Below are positions 63,075 to 64,000 of a stretch of 64,000 nt of DNA, piece by piece; positions within the stretch are counted from its first letter, which is position 1, and each line of letters begins with the position of its first letter. A program made the position numbers and the translations under genes. The notes under the pieces are model-generated. The model saw only the letters and a list, made by a program, of their open reading frames with translations, ran no database searches and was not told the origin of the DNA. Source of the DNA: Camelus dromedarius (lineage: Eukaryota); the NCBI RefSeq assembly GCF_036321535.1, contig NC_087437.1:114578001-114642000 (forward strand), in the 5' to 3' direction.

Positions 63075-63615
63075 TTCTTTTTTGGCGGTAAACTACACAT
63101 AACATAAAATTTACCATTTAAACTATTTTTGAGTGTACAGTTCAGTGGTATTCAGTGTGTTTCGTTGTTATGCAACCATCACCACCATCCATTTCCAGAA
63201 CTTTTATGTCTTCCTGAGCTAGAAACTCCATATCCATTAACTACTCACTCCCCATTCCCCGTCTCCCCAGCCCCTGGTCACCACCAGGAACCTCATATAA
63301 GTAGAACCATACAAAATTTGTCTTTTTGTGTCAGGCTTATTTCACTTAGAACAGTACCTTCAAGATTCATGCGTGTGGTAGCCTGTGATTGTATTCCATT
63401 GAATATATAGACCCCATTTTGTTGATCCATTCATCCATTCGTGGGCCTTTGGTTGGTTTCCACCTTTTGACCATTGTGAATAATGCTGCAGCGAACGTGG
63501 GGGTGCAGATACCTGTTTGAGTCCCTGCTTTCAGTTCTTTTGGGTGTGCATCCAGAAGTGGAATTGGGAAACAAATCAAATGTTTAACATTTTGCACCCT
63601 TTTACATTCCCACCT
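63075..63615 (-). mobile_element. L1MA/MB-like 3' end
   Basis: acataacataaaatttaccatt...gtgtacagttcagtgg...ccatccatttccagaac...ttccaccttttgaccattgtgaataatgctg. Confidence 0.85.
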
Positions 63616-64000
63616 GTGGTGCGCAGCACTCAGCGTTGAAACCTCCTAGGGCAGGTCTGGTCCAAGTAGAGTGTCGTCTTTTTCAGAAGCAGTGGCAGCT
63701 GTGGGCATCAGGCTTGACCCCACCTCTCAGAGAGGATGCAGCAGAATCCCTCCAGTTTCCTACCAGAAATGTGTTTGGGAGCCTGAAGTGGGCTGGCCAC
63801 GTTGACCAGGCGCTTTGCTCACGCCCAAGGGGGCTAGCTTGCAAATAGGGGAGCTTCTGAATCCAGGGTGTCTGACTGAAGAAAGCCACTGGGCTGAAGC
63901 AGCACATGGAGCTCTGAAATTGTAGCAGCCTGAGAGGAAATGAATCACTAGATAACTCTTGCCCTCTTTTAAAAAGTTTGCCTTAAAAATCATGGAGCTG

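Noticed and set aside
1..64000. CRISPR array, prokaryotic defence system or other novel multi-gene system
   Set aside because: The window is ordinary mammalian DNA explained by CBR3, DOP1B and interspersed repeats; I saw no repeat-spacer array or unexplained long conserved ORF.

Overview
This is mammalian genomic DNA, most likely from a camelid (inferred from six tRNA-derived SINEs resembling the Tylopoda Vic-1 family; I saw no Alu, Bov-tA/BovB, PRE-1 or Can-SINE). It holds the complete three-exon CBR3 gene (carbonyl reductase 3, + strand, CDS 27309-27597, 29043-29150, 32993-33429, 277 aa). About 5 kb downstream is the 5' end of DOP1B/DOPEY2 (+ strand): a CpG-island promoter, a non-coding exon 1 ending at 38815, and the first coding exon (CDS 44314-44451). 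The rest of the window is DOP1B intron 2. The first ~26 kb is intergenic and rich in L1, MLT1 LTRs, DNA transposons, MIR/L2 and SINEs, with several nested insertions that have readable target-site duplications. Most ORFs in the supplied track are L1 remnants or chance ORFs. I found no evidence of a novel multi-gene system. The most notable items are an AUG-stop micro-uORF directly before the DOP1B start codon, a degenerate ~93-bp tandem repeat in the DOP1B promoter, ARE/NF-kB motifs upstream of CBR3, CBR1-like active-site residues in CBR3, and a triple-nested Tigger/L1/LTR element. Repeat subfamily names come from recalled consensus similarity, not from a search, and repeat boundaries are approximate unless a TSD is quoted.
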